Notes: generated by a model not told the origin, from the sequence alone. A stretch of 64,000 nucleotides of DNA from Candidatus Ozemobacteraceae bacterium (GCA_965140445.1 OZ223236.1:3840001-3904000); one strand, 5' to 3'. Shown: positions 37,912-49,222, numbered from the stretch's first letter. A program made the numbers and translations.

Positions 37912-39918
37912 TTATTTTTCTATCGGAAGTTCTGAATTTGAAGACCAAACAGTCCAGGAGCCATCATACAGTCTTACATTTTTTCTTCCCAATAGCTTTT
38001 TCAGGATGAAGAAAGCTTGACTTGCCTGGTGACCAGTTCGACAGTTTACAACAATTTCTTTTTCTTCCGCTGGAATGAGCTTATCATACTCCTTCTTCAA
38101 TTCTTCTATCGGCCTGATTTCAGACTCATTAACCGCCATCAAATCCTCAGTATAAGGTCGGTTTATTGCGCCAGGAATATGACCGGCACGAGCTTCATTA
38201 GACTTTTCCCCGGAAAAGAAATCTGAAGGTCTGACATCAAGAACTTTTACCCGGTTTTCAAGCAGCTCGCTTAGCAGTTCTGAAGTTTTTATGATTAGAT
38301 TATTCTGAAGTTGCGGTACAACAGATTGATAATCAACTTTAATCCGTTTGGGAATACTAGTGTCCAGAGGCTTGTTATTAGCCACCCAAGCCTTAAATCC
38401 CCCATTTAAAATACTATATTGCTTATGTCCAACAAGTTCCAGGGCCATACCAATAAGAGTTGAATCCCTGAGTTTATCATTTACAAGAATTATAAAATCA
38501 CTGTTATGGATGCCTGCCAGTGATAACTTTTCGGCAATCATTTTAGGAGGTAACATCATAGAAGGGTTGCCTTCTACATTGCCTCTGAAACTTTCTGCTG
38601 CTAAAGAAATAGAACCTGGAATGTGCCCGGAATTATATTCAGGCTGAGATCTGGAATCTATAACTACCACCTTATTAAGGTTCTTCTCCAGCCAATCAAC
38701 GTCAACAATTGGCCCACCATCCAGAATCTGGCTATTAATATTACCAGTAATTGTGCCTAAATCAGCTGCGATTCCAGAACCAAGAAACCAGGCTCGCCAG
38801 TTTCCAATCTCAGCAACAGCCCGCTCATCCAATTTTTCTGTCCTTAGTGCGGCCGGCTTTAAACATCTTTCAAACAATCCTGTTAGACCATCTGACAAAA
38901 TGTATACATTTTTAAAACCAGCAAGTTTTAAAGCCATCCAGGCCTGCCCGGCGTGAGTCATGCCATTTGAGTAAAGCACAATCAAATCGTAATCTTTATA
39001 TCTGTTAATTTTTGGAAACAGATTGCCAAGCTGAATATTTGCTGCTCCAGGAATGTGATATTTTTCAAATTCAGCAGCAGTTCTCAAATCTACCGCGATA
39101 ATATTTAGTTTTCTTGCAACAACAGCTCTTGCATAGTCTTCAGGCTCAATATGGTCTTCGGCTTTTTGAATTTTTCCAAGAAGCTGAAACAAATCGGGCT
39201 CAGAAATTTTACCAGCCAAACCAAACTTCATTGGCTCCCTTGCCGGTGAACTGGCCAGCATACCAAGTCCTACAGCTGAGATCATAAGGAGAATAGAAAA
39301 AATCCATAAAGGTGTGGCTCTAGGAGCAAGTTTTGCCAAAACAAAACCGTCTTCAATCATTTCTGATATCCAGAATGCCAGGATTGCAACCAGAACAAAA
39401 GCAATTGAAAACTGGCTATATGAAACTCCAATATCCTCAAAAATAAATCTAACACCTTCATTTTGAGCAGTATAGTAGCTTTTTATCCATGGGAATACCT
39501 CGTTGAAAAGCATGCTTCCCAGGACAGATCCAATCAAAAAGACCAAAGCATCTATTTTTCCACTGGCAAATCCAACAACTGCTGTGCCAGGGCACCAGCC
39601 GCCTATTACAAAGCCAATTCCAAAAATTATTCCACCCACAATTTGTGATAACCAAATGGTTTCAGGAAGAAATAAATTAGCAGTATCAAGCATACCAATT
39701 CCGAAAAGGAAGCCTAATCCAAGCATGGCCGTAACTACTGCACTGAACATAACTTTTAAAACAGACATATCACGGAAATAGAAAATTCCTGACAGTCGCT
39801 TTGAACTTCCAAATCCGGCTTGCTCTAATGACCAACCAAAAGCTCCACCAATAAGAAATGCTGCTAAAAATGCTGCCGGAGTACCAAGAGCATTCATTGA
39901 AAACAACGTTTTAATCAT
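37912..39918 (-). CDS. YeeE/YedE sulfur transporter domain fused to three rhodanese domains
   Basis: GAFGWSLEQAGFG, FGIGFVIGGWCPGT; rhodanese motifs YHIPGA, GHIPGS, GHIPGA, NCRTGHQAS, YDGSWTVW. ATG 39918 with GGAGG RBS, coupled to the upstream gene. Confidence 0.88.
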   Translation of the reverse strand: MIKTLFSMNALGTPAAFLAAFLIGGAFGWSLEQAGFGSSKRLSGIFYFRDMSVLKVMFSAVVTAMLGLGFLFGIGMLDTANLFLPETIWLSQIVGGIIFGIGFVIGGWCPGTAVVGFASGKIDALVFLIGSVLGSMLFNEVFPWIKSYYTAQNEGVRFIFEDIGVSYSQFSIAFVLVAILAFWISEMIEDGFVLAKLAPRATPLWIFSILLMISAVGLGMLASSPAREPMKFGLAGKISEPDLFQLLGKIQKAEDHIEPEDYARAVVARKLNIIAVDLRTAAEFEKYHIPGAANIQLGNLFPKINRYKDYDLIVLYSNGMTHAGQAWMALKLAGFKNVYILSDGLTGLFERCLKPAALRTEKLDERAVAEIGNWRAWFLGSGIAADLGTITGNINSQILDGGPIVDVDWLEKNLNKVVVIDSRSQPEYNSGHIPGSISLAAESFRGNVEGNPSMMLPPKMIAEKLSLAGIHNSDFIILVNDKLRDSTLIGMALELVGHKQYSILNGGFKAWVANNKPLDTSIPKRIKVDYQSVVPQLQNNLIIKTSELLSELLENRVKVLDVRPSDFFSGEKSNEARAGHIPGAINRPYTEDLMAVNESEIRPIEELKKEYDKLIPAEEKEIVVNCRTGHQASQAFFILKKLLGRKNVRLYDGSWTVWSSNSELPIEK

Positions 39919-40429
39919 GCCACTGCCTCCTGAAGAAATAGGCAGCCATATACCCACCTGCAAATACTGCAATTAGAAAAGCAAAACTCCCGGTTTGAAG
40001 CATCGCTGTTCCAGAAAGAGCTTGTCCCGATGTGCAGCCACGTGCAAACCTGCTGGCAAATCCAACAATTATTCCACCAATTAGAGCCAGCCAAAACCTA
40101 CCGCTTGTTTTAAAGCGTCTTCCTTTTTCCATCTGAACTTTAATCCGATGATTTATCAAAGCAGAGAAAAAACCGCCGACAAAAACACCAGCAACCATGA
40201 AAACAAGGTAATAGCTCAGCGGCATCTCTCCCCATTTTCCAAAATATTCTGAATTTAAAACGCGGCCAGGAGTAACGCACAATTCACAAAATGAAGCAAT
40301 GCGCGCAATCCCTCCGGAAGCTCCAAGTCCTGTTCCTAAAACTATATAGGAAACCAACAGAGTTAATCCGAGCAAAAACCCTGCAAGATACGGATTCATA
40401 TATGAGTTTCTATTTTGATCGTATTCCAT
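39911..40429 (-). CDS. YeeE/YedE family (half) sulfur transporter
   Basis: NPYLAG, GLGASG, GFASRFARGCTSGQALSG. Confidence 0.88.
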   Translation of the reverse strand: MEYDQNRNSYMNPYLAGFLLGLTLLVSYIVLGTGLGASGGIARIASFCELCVTPGRVLNSEYFGKWGEMPLSYYLVFMVAGVFVGGFFSALINHRIKVQMEKGRRFKTSGRFWLALIGGIIVGFASRFARGCTSGQALSGTAMLQTGSFAFLIAVFAGGYMAAYFFRRQWHD

Positions 40430-40432
40430 AAT

Positions 40433-42469
40433 TTAACACCCCGCGCTTTTTCTCTTAGGCTTCTCTGCCGGAGCAGTTTCACGTGGAACAGAATTACCAG
40501 AAGGAGTTACAGACTCACCTCCATAGCTTGGGGCAGAGGGGCTAACATTTTTCCCAGTTGAAGGACTTATCATGGTTTCTCCAAATTTCATTTCAACTTC
40601 TCGCCAAATTGATTCCACGCCACCAATAACCGCTTTAATATTTCTTTTTGTCTTTCGCGAAAGAATCCCGGCAACCATCATTGCCAGTGTTCCGTCCCTG
40701 TCAATGATAATAAGTGGTACATCGCCAGCCAGATAAGTTAAGTTTTCAAGAACATCTGAAATATCAGCAGCTCTTGCACCAGTTGGATTATATCTTTCAA
40801 CTTGTGATTTAGGCCTGATATCAATAATCTCCACAGTTCCTGGCAAGTCTTTAATTATCTCAAGCAAAGCCTTTGCGGAAATTCTTTCTGGTAAGCCGAG
40901 ACTTCTATATGTCTCATGACTCTGTGTCGTATTTGCACTTTCAACATCGCGAATAACTGGATAACCAGCTTCAATCCATGCATCTGCGCCACCTTCCATG
41001 CTCATCGCGCTTTTAAACCCATTTCTCTCCAGAAGTCCAACCGCAAGACTTGATCTAAATGCTGAGTTGCATACAGCTACAATCTTATCATTTTTGTTTA
41101 ATCTGCCAGGCGCAATGGCTGCTAATTCATTTAACGGAATATTTACAACTTCGCCAATTCTCATTCCAGTCCATTCTTTTGGCAAACGAACATCAACAAT
41201 TAATGGAGCTTTTTTTGCAACCATCTGGGCATATAAATCAGAGGGCTTTATCATCGGCGAGGAAGAAGTCTTTACCCCTGATTTTATATAGTCTTTAAAA
41301 TCTACATAGGAAGTTTTATATCCTATTCTCTTTAATCTTGTTGCAGCTTCAAAGGTTTCTTTTTCGTTCCCAACTACAACAAGGTTTGAACCCCAGGGAA
41401 CTATTATTCCAGTCCAGGTTTCAAATCTGCCTCTTAATGCAATATTTACTGAGTTAGGAATATGGGAAGTAGAATATTCTTCAGCACTCCTGGTATCTAC
41501 AACATAAAACTGATTTTTATCAGAAAGAGATGGGTAATCAAGAATCTTATCCTTGTATGGAGCTTTCCAATCAACAATTTCAGGGCCCTCTCTATTTATT
41601 CTGGCGTTCTCTCCAAAATACCCTGGCGCTTTACCTAAACCAGAAATAACACTGGCAATGAATGCAGATCTATCGGCGGAATTCTTCAAATAAAAATTAG
41701 AAACCTTTTCCTGGCCAATGGTTGAAGAAGGCTCTTCACTCAAATGTGCTCCGCAAAGAGAGCCTGCACCATGAGCAGGCAAAACAACGGTATCATCTGG
41801 AAGTTTTGCCAGCTTGTTATTCCACGAATCAAGTAACATTTCAGCTAATTCAGAGGCAGAAACTGTTCCACCCATTAAATCCGGGCGTCCAACTCCGCCT
41901 ACAAACAATGTGTCCCCTGAAAAGAGAAATTGCTTTTTATCAGGCGAGCTTTCTGGAGAAACTACTGCGCAAAGTCCATCAGGTGTGTGCCCTGGTGTTT
42001 CAATAATTGTTAATCTGGCTTTTCCTACTTTTATGGTAGTGCCTTCCATTACCTGAACATGAGGAAACAATGCCCCACTCTTATGACCAGCATAAATTGG
42101 TGCACCAGTTGCTAGTGCCATTTCCCGATGACCAGCAATAAAATCTGCGTGAGAATGGGTCAGAAAAACCCCAGCCCATTCAAGATTATTTTTTTTGGCA
42201 TAATCAAGATAAGCTTGAATATCCCGACCAGGATCTACAATCAAGGCTTTCCCATCACTATCCAGGATGTAGGAATAATGAGAAAGAACTGCCAGATTAA
42301 ACTGTGCAACTCTATAATTTTCGCCTTGAAAAACTCCTTGAACAACATATTGAGCTGCATCATAACCATGTGTGGCAGATTCAGCATCCTTTATGCCTTC
42401 ACAAATCCCCGGTAATGCAGTTAATAAAAAAATGGAAATGGTTAGAAAAAAAAGTCGGTAAATTTTCAT
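40433..42469 (-). CDS. MBL-fold persulfide-dioxygenase-like protein fused to rhodanese domains, with a predicted signal peptide
   Basis: THSHADF, TPGHT, SGDTLFVGGVGRPDL, PAHGAGSLCG; three rhodanese-like modules; hydrophobic N-terminus; ends KRKSAGC. Confidence 0.85.
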   Translation of the reverse strand: MKIYRLFFLTISIFLLTALPGICEGIKDAESATHGYDAAQYVVQGVFQGENYRVAQFNLAVLSHYSYILDSDGKALIVDPGRDIQAYLDYAKKNNLEWAGVFLTHSHADFIAGHREMALATGAPIYAGHKSGALFPHVQVMEGTTIKVGKARLTIIETPGHTPDGLCAVVSPESSPDKKQFLFSGDTLFVGGVGRPDLMGGTVSASELAEMLLDSWNNKLAKLPDDTVVLPAHGAGSLCGAHLSEEPSSTIGQEKVSNFYLKNSADRSAFIASVISGLGKAPGYFGENARINREGPEIVDWKAPYKDKILDYPSLSDKNQFYVVDTRSAEEYSTSHIPNSVNIALRGRFETWTGIIVPWGSNLVVVGNEKETFEAATRLKRIGYKTSYVDFKDYIKSGVKTSSSPMIKPSDLYAQMVAKKAPLIVDVRLPKEWTGMRIGEVVNIPLNELAAIAPGRLNKNDKIVAVCNSAFRSSLAVGLLERNGFKSAMSMEGGADAWIEAGYPVIRDVESANTTQSHETYRSLGLPERISAKALLEIIKDLPGTVEIIDIRPKSQVERYNPTGARAADISDVLENLTYLAGDVPLIIIDRDGTLAMMVAGILSRKTKRNIKAVIGGVESIWREVEMKFGETMISPSTGKNVSPSAPSYGGESVTPSGNSVPRETAPAEKPKRKSAGC

Positions 42470-42694
42470 ATGCCCCCCTCGAATCGAAAAAGTCCAATTC
42501 TATTCAGCTGACTGCGCTGCAAAAGTTCTCAAATTCTCTCATTACAGTTTAAACAATCCCGCTTTTCGGAATAACTTTTTTCTGTCGTGACATTTTAGCA
42601 TATTCTTATATACATGAACATCAAGACGGTTAAGTTTTTATCTGAAGGAAATAATCTATCTAGGAGAGGAGAGCTAAAATATGCAAATGGAGGA

Positions 42695-43219
42695 TTAAAA
42701 ATCCCAAAAAATCGTAATTAGCACAATTGGCAGCAAAACAAAAAGAATTCGGGGTATCCCACCAATTTTTTCTTCAACCAGCAAAATTGACAATCTAATT
42801 GCCAGGTCAGTTTCAGAAAGAACCTGAGTCAATGCAAATGCTGCAAAAACAGCCAGTATTATGGGTAACAATCTGTAGTTTCGAACTTTAACTTTTCCAA
42901 AATCTGACCATAAAGCATTCGCCTTCCAGCTGACATTCATTCCTGGTTTGGCGCGGTTTAGCATTCTTTCTGTGACCTCAACTGGGTCCCCTGAATCAAG
43001 TTTTATAAAATGTCTTACTGCCTTTCGTCCTGTTGAATATGCGCTTTCTACCACACCGCTATTTGCTGGAAGAAAAGCAAGAACTCTAAATTCCCGGAAA
43101 ACTGTAAAATAAACCGAAAAGCCAATTATAATGCCAAGAATTACTTTCAAGGTATGAAGATGCTCCCTCGGACTTCTTCCTGATTCCAATGCCACATCCA
43201 GATCCATGAATTCCTCCAT
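42695..43219 (-). CDS. Hypothetical membrane protein
   Basis: 174-aa ORF with three hydrophobic segments. Confidence 0.6.
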   Translation of the reverse strand: MEEFMDLDVALESGRSPREHLHTLKVILGIIIGFSVYFTVFREFRVLAFLPANSGVVESAYSTGRKAVRHFIKLDSGDPVEVTERMLNRAKPGMNVSWKANALWSDFGKVKVRNYRLLPIILAVFAAFALTQVLSETDLAIRLSILLVEEKIGGIPRILFVLLPIVLITIFWDF

Positions 43220-43376
43220 ACAGCTAAAACTTCCTGATCTTCCAAAAAATTAACACTATAAAAATGTCGGAGCAACTAAATTTCTTATCCATGAAGAGTT
43301 TACAAATTGTTTAAATCAAATTTTCAAATTCATTATATGTAATTTACCGCGCAAAAAAATTGGGGTAGTATTTTTC

Positions 43377-43937
43377 ATGGAACATTTTCCAACACTAACT
43401 ACAAATAGATTGATCCTTCGGGAAATTGTTGCTTCGGATGCCTCAAAACTATTCGAAATCTACAGCAATAAAGATGCTATGAGATTTTTTGGAGCAGACC
43501 CAATCGAAGCTGTTGAAGAAGCTGAAAAACTAATTGAGATTTTTGCCAATTGGCGCAAATCTTCTAATCCTGGAATACGTTGGGGAATTGAAAGAAAAAG
43601 TGATCATAAACTAATAGGAACCTGCGGCTTATTTAAATGGAATAGGAACTGGCGATCCTGTAGCACTGCTTTTGAGCTAAGTGAGGCAGCCCAGGGAAAT
43701 GGATTCATGCAGGAAGCTATTTATTCGGCCTTTTCATGGGGATTTGAAACAATGAGTTTAAATAGAATCGAAGCTTTGGTACACCCACAAAACCACTCTT
43801 CTCAAAAGCTTTTACACAAATTGGGGTTTAAAAAAGAAGGAATTCTGCGCGAAGCCGGCTTTTGGAATGGAAAACATCATGATTTAATTCAATTTGCATT
43901 ATTGCGAAGTGAATTTGGTTTGCCGAAGGAAACCTAA
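43377..43937 (+). CDS. GNAT acetyltransferase, RimJ/RimL family
   Basis: LTTNRLILR, GNGFMQEA, LNRIEA...NHSSQKLLHKLGFKKEGILR. Confidence 0.9.
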   Translation: MEHFPTLTTNRLILREIVASDASKLFEIYSNKDAMRFFGADPIEAVEEAEKLIEIFANWRKSSNPGIRWGIERKSDHKLIGTCGLFKWNRNWRSCSTAFELSEAAQGNGFMQEAIYSAFSWGFETMSLNRIEALVHPQNHSSQKLLHKLGFKKEGILREAGFWNGKHHDLIQFALLRSEFGLPKET

Positions 43938-43985
43938 AAAATGAGCAAAGAGACCACCCTCCAACTGGTCTATGGAAAAGTAAAA

Positions 43986-44014
43986 AAGGCCATAAATCTT
44001 ACATTTATGACCTT
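43986..44014 (-). terminator. Terminator after the PTS operon
   Basis: aaggtcataaat / atttatggcctt hairpin with a U-tract on the - strand. Confidence 0.6.
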
Positions 44015-44069
44015 CAATACAAAACACCACCAGAAATTAAAAAAGCAAGCCAGTCCTTTGAGTTATATA

Positions 44070-45848
44070 CTAATCCGCAGTGAGTAGTCCCTTTATTTCA
44101 ATTTCATATTGATGAGCACCCAAGCCCGTTAAAAGGTGCACAATATTATCTTCCAGCTTCATTACACCTTTTACTCCATTTTCCAAAAGCATTTCCCGAT
44201 TCAATTCACCAAAGCTCTGCAGCTTTAATCGCAATCTGGTTTCAGCACAAGCTTTTACCTCAACCAGGTTTTCTTTACCACCAACAGCTTTTAACCATTC
44301 AAGGCATTTTTCCCTTGCTTCCGGGTCACTGGCAACAGACGGGAATCCAGCCACTTCAGCTTTTGGAGAAGACGCTCTTAAGTCTTTTTCAATCTCTGCC
44401 TCGTCTCCGGCAACTGCAAGATATTCTTCCATTTCAGTTCTTAGAATCTCTGATCTAGTACCAAAAATAGCCTGCAAGCCAGTTCCCACATCAACAACTC
44501 CAACAGCTCCTAGCTTTTTAAGTCTATCCTGGTCAGCAAGACCAGTGTCTTTAAGCTCCATGCGTAAGCGAGTTATACATGCATCAAGGCTTACAATATT
44601 ACTTTTTCCCCCAAAAGCTAGAACAAGCTGGCGCGTAAATTCATTTTCTGCCATTACCGACATATCCACTTCGGCCTCAACTTCCCGACCTGGAGTTTTT
44701 AAGTCAAACTTCAGAATGACAAACTTAAAAACGAAAAAATACATTGCTGCCCAAATAGGCCCAATTAACAACATCCATGCTCCATGAGTTGATTTGGAAA
44801 ACAAGATTACATAGTCAATAAAACCATGTGAAAACGTCATTCCATGCTTAATTCCAACCGCTATACAAAAATAATAAGCAACCCCCGCCAAAACAGCGTG
44901 AACTCCATACAAAGCTGGTGCAAGGAAAAGAAAAGAGAATTCTATTGGCTCAGTAATTCCGGTTAAAAATGAAGTAAGAGCAGCAGAACCCATTATACCG
45001 CCAACCTTTGCCTTATTCTCAGGTTTAGCGGTGTACCAGATTGCCAAAGCTCCGGCAGGCAACCCAAACATTTTAAAAAGATAACCACCAGCCATGTTTC
45101 CAGCAGTTGGATCTCCAGCAGCAAAGCGATGTAATTCGCCTCTAATAATTTCTCCGTTGGAAGTTACAAATTCACCCACTTCAAAAAAGAATGGAGCGTT
45201 CCATATGTGGTGTAAACCAAATGGTAATAAAGCCCTCTCGATAACGCCATATATAGCAAATGCTGTAGCTGGACTTTCTGAAGAAGCCCAACGTGAAAAT
45301 TTTGCAATCAACCCACCAATTGGAGGCCAAACAAGACTTAGAACCAGACCAAGAGCTATAGCAGCGAAAGAAGTCAAAATTGGAACCAATCTTTTCCCAG
45401 AAAAGAAACCAAGATAAGGCGGCAGCTGAACCCGGTAAAATCGATTAAACAGCCAGGCAGCTATCAATCCAGCCAAAACCCCACCCAATACGCCCGTATC
45501 AATTGATTGCATACCCATAACATTTCGGGTTTCGAAACCATATACTCCAGCCATAACTCCCATGGTTGCGACCATAACAGCATAGCCAACCAGTCCCGCA
45601 AGAGCAGCAACCCCATCGTTATTGGTTAAGCCAAGACAAACTCCCAAAGCACAAATAACAGGTAAGTTTGAAAAAATAGCTCCCCCAGCCTGCGCCATGG
45701 TTTTTGATACCACCAAAGGGATAATACTGAATTCAGAGCTACCAACTCCAAGCAAGATACCCGCGACCGGTAAAACAGAAACAGGCAACATCATGGATTT
45801 CCCTATTTTTTGCAGAGTTACAAAAATGCTTTGCAATATCTTTTTCAT
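44070..45848 (-). CDS. ptsG: PTS glucose-family EIIC fused to two EIIB domains
   Basis: [40 protein letters not shown] motifs DACITRLR and ACAETRLR. Confidence 0.85.
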   Translation of the reverse strand: MKKILQSIFVTLQKIGKSMMLPVSVLPVAGILLGVGSSEFSIIPLVVSKTMAQAGGAIFSNLPVICALGVCLGLTNNDGVAALAGLVGYAVMVATMGVMAGVYGFETRNVMGMQSIDTGVLGGVLAGLIAAWLFNRFYRVQLPPYLGFFSGKRLVPILTSFAAIALGLVLSLVWPPIGGLIAKFSRWASSESPATAFAIYGVIERALLPFGLHHIWNAPFFFEVGEFVTSNGEIIRGELHRFAAGDPTAGNMAGGYLFKMFGLPAGALAIWYTAKPENKAKVGGIMGSAALTSFLTGITEPIEFSFLFLAPALYGVHAVLAGVAYYFCIAVGIKHGMTFSHGFIDYVILFSKSTHGAWMLLIGPIWAAMYFFVFKFVILKFDLKTPGREVEAEVDMSVMAENEFTRQLVLAFGGKSNIVSLDACITRLRMELKDTGLADQDRLKKLGAVGVVDVGTGLQAIFGTRSEILRTEMEEYLAVAGDEAEIEKDLRASSPKAEVAGFPSVASDPEAREKCLEWLKAVGGKENLVEVKACAETRLRLKLQSFGELNREMLLENGVKGVMKLEDNIVHLLTGLGAHQYEIEIKGLLTAD

Positions 45849-48391
45849 TATTTGCCACCTCTTTCTGCATCAAGAAATTTCTTAATCGAAGCTCTCACAG
45901 AATCTGCATCCGATCGTTTCATGGCTTCGCGAACAATGTTTTCACACGCTTTTTGGGAAAGCTTTCTGACAAGAGCTTTTACTGTTGCTATAACTGGAAT
46001 ATCAACACTAAGCTTGTAAACTCCCAAACCAATTAAAGCCACAATTCCCTCAATATCGCTAGCAAGGCCTCCACAGACACTAATTTCGATTCCCTGCTCA
46101 TTAGCGGCTTTCGCCACCATATCTATCAAACGAAGAATAGAGGGATGTAAAGCATCTATTTTACCCGCCATTTTTGGATGACCGCGATCCATTGCCAAAA
46201 CGTATTGACTCAAATCATTGGTACCGATCGAAAAGAAATCTGTTTCCGCAGCAAAACAATCTGCCAAAAGCGCGGCAGAAGGAACTTCAATCATCATTCC
46301 GGCTTTAATTAATGGAACTCCCATACTCTCAGCTGTTTGTTGCAGAATCTTTCGAGATTGCCTCCATTCATCAATATCAGCAATCATTGGAAACATAACT
46401 CTTACATCATAATCTTTCGCTACCCTCAATATAGCTCGAAGCTGTGTTATAAAAATTTCTGGCCGATTCAGGCATACTCTAATCCCCCGTTCACCAAGAA
46501 ATGGATTATCTTCTCGAGGTATGGGCAAATAAGCCAACGGCTTGTCCCCACCCACATCAAGGGTTCGAATAATAATTGGCGCATCCTTCCCCATTTGTTT
46601 TGCAACCTGCAGATAAGCTTCATACTGTTCCTCTTCATCTGGAGCAACAGCGCGGTTCATAAAAAGGAATTCTGACCTGAGCAGTCCAATCCCCTCTGCA
46701 CCCAGCTTAATAGCCTGCTGTGCAGAGCCTATGTCTCCGAGGTTGGCCACCACTTTAACTTGAATGCCATCAAGAGTTTTTGCAATTTCAGAAGCGTGAG
46801 AGCGCTCTTCCTCACGAATTTTTTCCTCAATTTTGATTGCATTTTCAAAGCTCGCAACCTCATCCTCATCCGGCTTAATAGTTAACAAGCCTTTATTCCC
46901 GTCAACCACAACCAGGGTTCCATTTTCAATCTCGAGCGCAGCCGGGTCCAGTCCTACAATAGCAGGCAATCCCATTGATCTTGCTAATATGGCTACATGC
47001 GAAGTCGCTCCGCCTGAAATAGTACAACAAGCTACAACTAACTCCTTGTCCAAACTAACAATATTTGATGGGGTTAAATCCTCTGCGATAATCACCTGTT
47101 TATCAGTAATATTCAAACTCTGCTCTTCTATTGAAAGAAGAATCCTTAGAACTCTGTACCCTAAGTCTTTTAAGTCATTTGCGCGAGCTGCCAATAGTTG
47201 ATTATTCAGACTTTCAAGTCTCGTAGCATGAGTTGTAAAAGCCTTATTCCAGGCAAAAGCCGCACTCTTACCTGCAACTATTCCCCGGTCAACCAATTCA
47301 ATCAGTTCTGGATCATCAATAAGTTCCATATGGGCAGAAAAAATAGCTGCCCGCTCAGGGTTACCTGATTTTTTTAATTTGTCGCAAAGAGAAGAAAGCT
47401 GAAGAATAGCCGTTTGGGAAGCATTTCTAAAATCTTCTTGCTCCTTCTTTGCGCCATTACCTTTTTCAGGAATATCGTATTCCTGATTTTTCAGTTTTAA
47501 AACCTTACCAATTGCCAATCCGCGAGAGGCACCAATACCAGACAGTTGCCCTTCTCGGGTTACTATTCCCTTCTCAAAATTCCTCTGCTCCTGCGCCGCT
47601 GCTGACAAATCTTCTCCAAGTCCTTCTTTTAGCCTTGGCAGAATGTATTCAATGGCTTCCTTTGCATCTATTCCAGTGGCAACCAGAACTACTTTTTCAT
47701 CTTTTTCAACTTCTAGTGCCATAATTGCAGAAACACTGCGAGCATTTGCACTTTTATCACCCTTTTTAATCTGCAGCTGACAGTTGAATTGTCTTGCCAG
47801 TCCAGCCAAAATAGAAGCTGGGCGGGCATGAATACCAGATGGATTTACTATCACAACAGCATCTGACACAAGTGATTTAAAGCTCTTTTCATCATTTTTT
47901 TCTTTTCCAGCTCCCAGTGGAACATATGAAAAAACAATGCTCTCACCGACCTCAATATTTCCGGTCCCAAAACTTATGTTTTGAACGGAATCCATATTTG
48001 CAATCAAAACCTGGGTCAGCAAACTACGTGCATTCGTAGCAATAAAATCTGCATCAAACTTAATCAAGGCTTGTCCAATAGATACAGATTCACCTTTTTT
48101 TACCAGAGCTTCAAATCCCTTTCCACCAAGTTTTACAGTATCAAGACCAATGTGGATAAGAATTTCAACCCCATCACAGGTTTTTATCGTTAATGCGTGT
48201 CCAGCAGAATGAAGTTGAATTACTTCACCGGCAACTGGGGCTTTAAGAACGTTACTCAAAGGATCAATCGAAACTCCATCGCCAACCATCTTCTGAGCAA
48301 AAACTGGGTCGGGCACCATTTCCAAAGGTATTAAAACGCCTGAAAGCGGAGCAATAACGTTAACCAAATCTGGTATTGAAGCTTTCGCCAT
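45848..48391 (-). CDS. ptsP: Multiphosphoryl transfer protein EIIA(Glc)-HPr-enzyme I
   Basis: [14 protein letters not shown] and IHIGLDTV (EIIA), GIHARPA (HPr), [12 protein letters not shown] and FSIGTNDL (EI). ATG 48391 with GGAG RBS. Confidence 0.9.
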   Translation of the reverse strand: MAKASIPDLVNVIAPLSGVLIPLEMVPDPVFAQKMVGDGVSIDPLSNVLKAPVAGEVIQLHSAGHALTIKTCDGVEILIHIGLDTVKLGGKGFEALVKKGESVSIGQALIKFDADFIATNARSLLTQVLIANMDSVQNISFGTGNIEVGESIVFSYVPLGAGKEKNDEKSFKSLVSDAVVIVNPSGIHARPASILAGLARQFNCQLQIKKGDKSANARSVSAIMALEVEKDEKVVLVATGIDAKEAIEYILPRLKEGLGEDLSAAAQEQRNFEKGIVTREGQLSGIGASRGLAIGKVLKLKNQEYDIPEKGNGAKKEQEDFRNASQTAILQLSSLCDKLKKSGNPERAAIFSAHMELIDDPELIELVDRGIVAGKSAAFAWNKAFTTHATRLESLNNQLLAARANDLKDLGYRVLRILLSIEEQSLNITDKQVIIAEDLTPSNIVSLDKELVVACCTISGGATSHVAILARSMGLPAIVGLDPAALEIENGTLVVVDGNKGLLTIKPDEDEVASFENAIKIEEKIREEERSHASEIAKTLDGIQVKVVANLGDIGSAQQAIKLGAEGIGLLRSEFLFMNRAVAPDEEEQYEAYLQVAKQMGKDAPIIIRTLDVGGDKPLAYLPIPREDNPFLGERGIRVCLNRPEIFITQLRAILRVAKDYDVRVMFPMIADIDEWRQSRKILQQTAESMGVPLIKAGMMIEVPSAALLADCFAAETDFFSIGTNDLSQYVLAMDRGHPKMAGKIDALHPSILRLIDMVAKAANEQGIEISVCGGLASDIEGIVALIGLGVYKLSVDIPVIATVKALVRKLSQKACENIVREAMKRSDADSVRASIKKFLDAERGGK

Positions 48392-48570
48392 TAAGTTTTC
48401 TCCAGTCAAATTTAATTCTAACTAATTCTAACAAACCATTACTTCATGAGCTATTTAATTTGAAGAAACCAACAGCTTTACTCCAGAATTCCTTATTCCT
48501 GTCTCCACAGGTTATCATTTTGCGTTTCTCCCCCAAAAAATGCTATAGTCCGCTCAGAAAGGATTTTAAA

Positions 48571-49086
48571 TTGAGCAACTCAATCAATTCAAAAAAAGGG
48601 CAGGCACAACCTGGCTGTTTATTTGGCTGCGGCATTCCCTTGTTAGTGTTTGGATTAGGCATTATTTTTACCAGCCTTTGGGCCTTTGTTACTTATGCCC
48701 GTTCAGGAAGCTGGGAAAAAGTTGATGCAATCGTTACTCAAGCTTCAGTTCAAAGATCTGTAAGTAATCGTGGTGGAGTAAGTTACTACCTTGTTGGCAA
48801 ATACAAATATGAGTTTAATGGAAAAAAATATACCGGAACGAGACTTTTCATAGACTCTTCACCTGCCCAATGCGAGGCAGCGTTACGACACGAAATCCAA
48901 AAAATGGAAAGTCACCTTAAATCCGGAAAACCCATGAAAATCTTTGTTAATCCTTCAAATCCAGAAGACACAATTGTATTTAGGCAACTTGGCATTTCTG
49001 TTTTTCTAATGCCGATTTTGGGAGTTATATTGCTATTTCCAGGCTACGTTTTCCTTGTCGAAGGTATAGGAAAAATCAGGAGATGA
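48571..49086 (+). CDS. DUF3592-like membrane protein
   Basis: TM, then SW...YKYEFNGKKYTG...FVNPSNP, then TM. TTG 48571 after AAAGGA; the longer ORF-track start overlaps ptsP. Confidence 0.7.
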   Translation: MSNSINSKKGQAQPGCLFGCGIPLLVFGLGIIFTSLWAFVTYARSGSWEKVDAIVTQASVQRSVSNRGGVSYYLVGKYKYEFNGKKYTGTRLFIDSSPAQCEAALRHEIQKMESHLKSGKPMKIFVNPSNPEDTIVFRQLGISVFLMPILGVILLFPGYVFLVEGIGKIRR

Positions 49087-49193
49087 TTGCCAACGAAAGA
49101 CAAAAGTTTGTATATTAAAAACGACTGGGAAGTTACTTAAAGCTTTTTGTTGTTAAATAATTACAAAAACTCTTTAGTTTTCTGTGCTATAAG

Positions 49194-49222
49194 TTGCACT
49201 TTTACCCCTTAAGCATTACTAT
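49194..49222 (+). promoter_or_regulatory. Putative sigma70 promoter of the ABC-F gene
   Basis: TTGCAC-17 bp-TACTAT. Confidence 0.5.

Noticed and set aside
40433..40445. Selenocysteine readthrough at the end of the MBL-rhodanese
   Set aside because: The stop is TAA, not TGA, and the next gene starts 3 nt later.
42470..42694. Sulfur-related (SAM) riboswitch upstream of the sulfur operon
   Set aside because: No SAM-I or other riboswitch consensus recognisable on the - strand.
48376..48570. ORF-track N-terminal extension of the DUF3592-like gene
   Set aside because: Overlaps the ptsP start and spans the divergent promoter region; TTG 48571 has an RBS.
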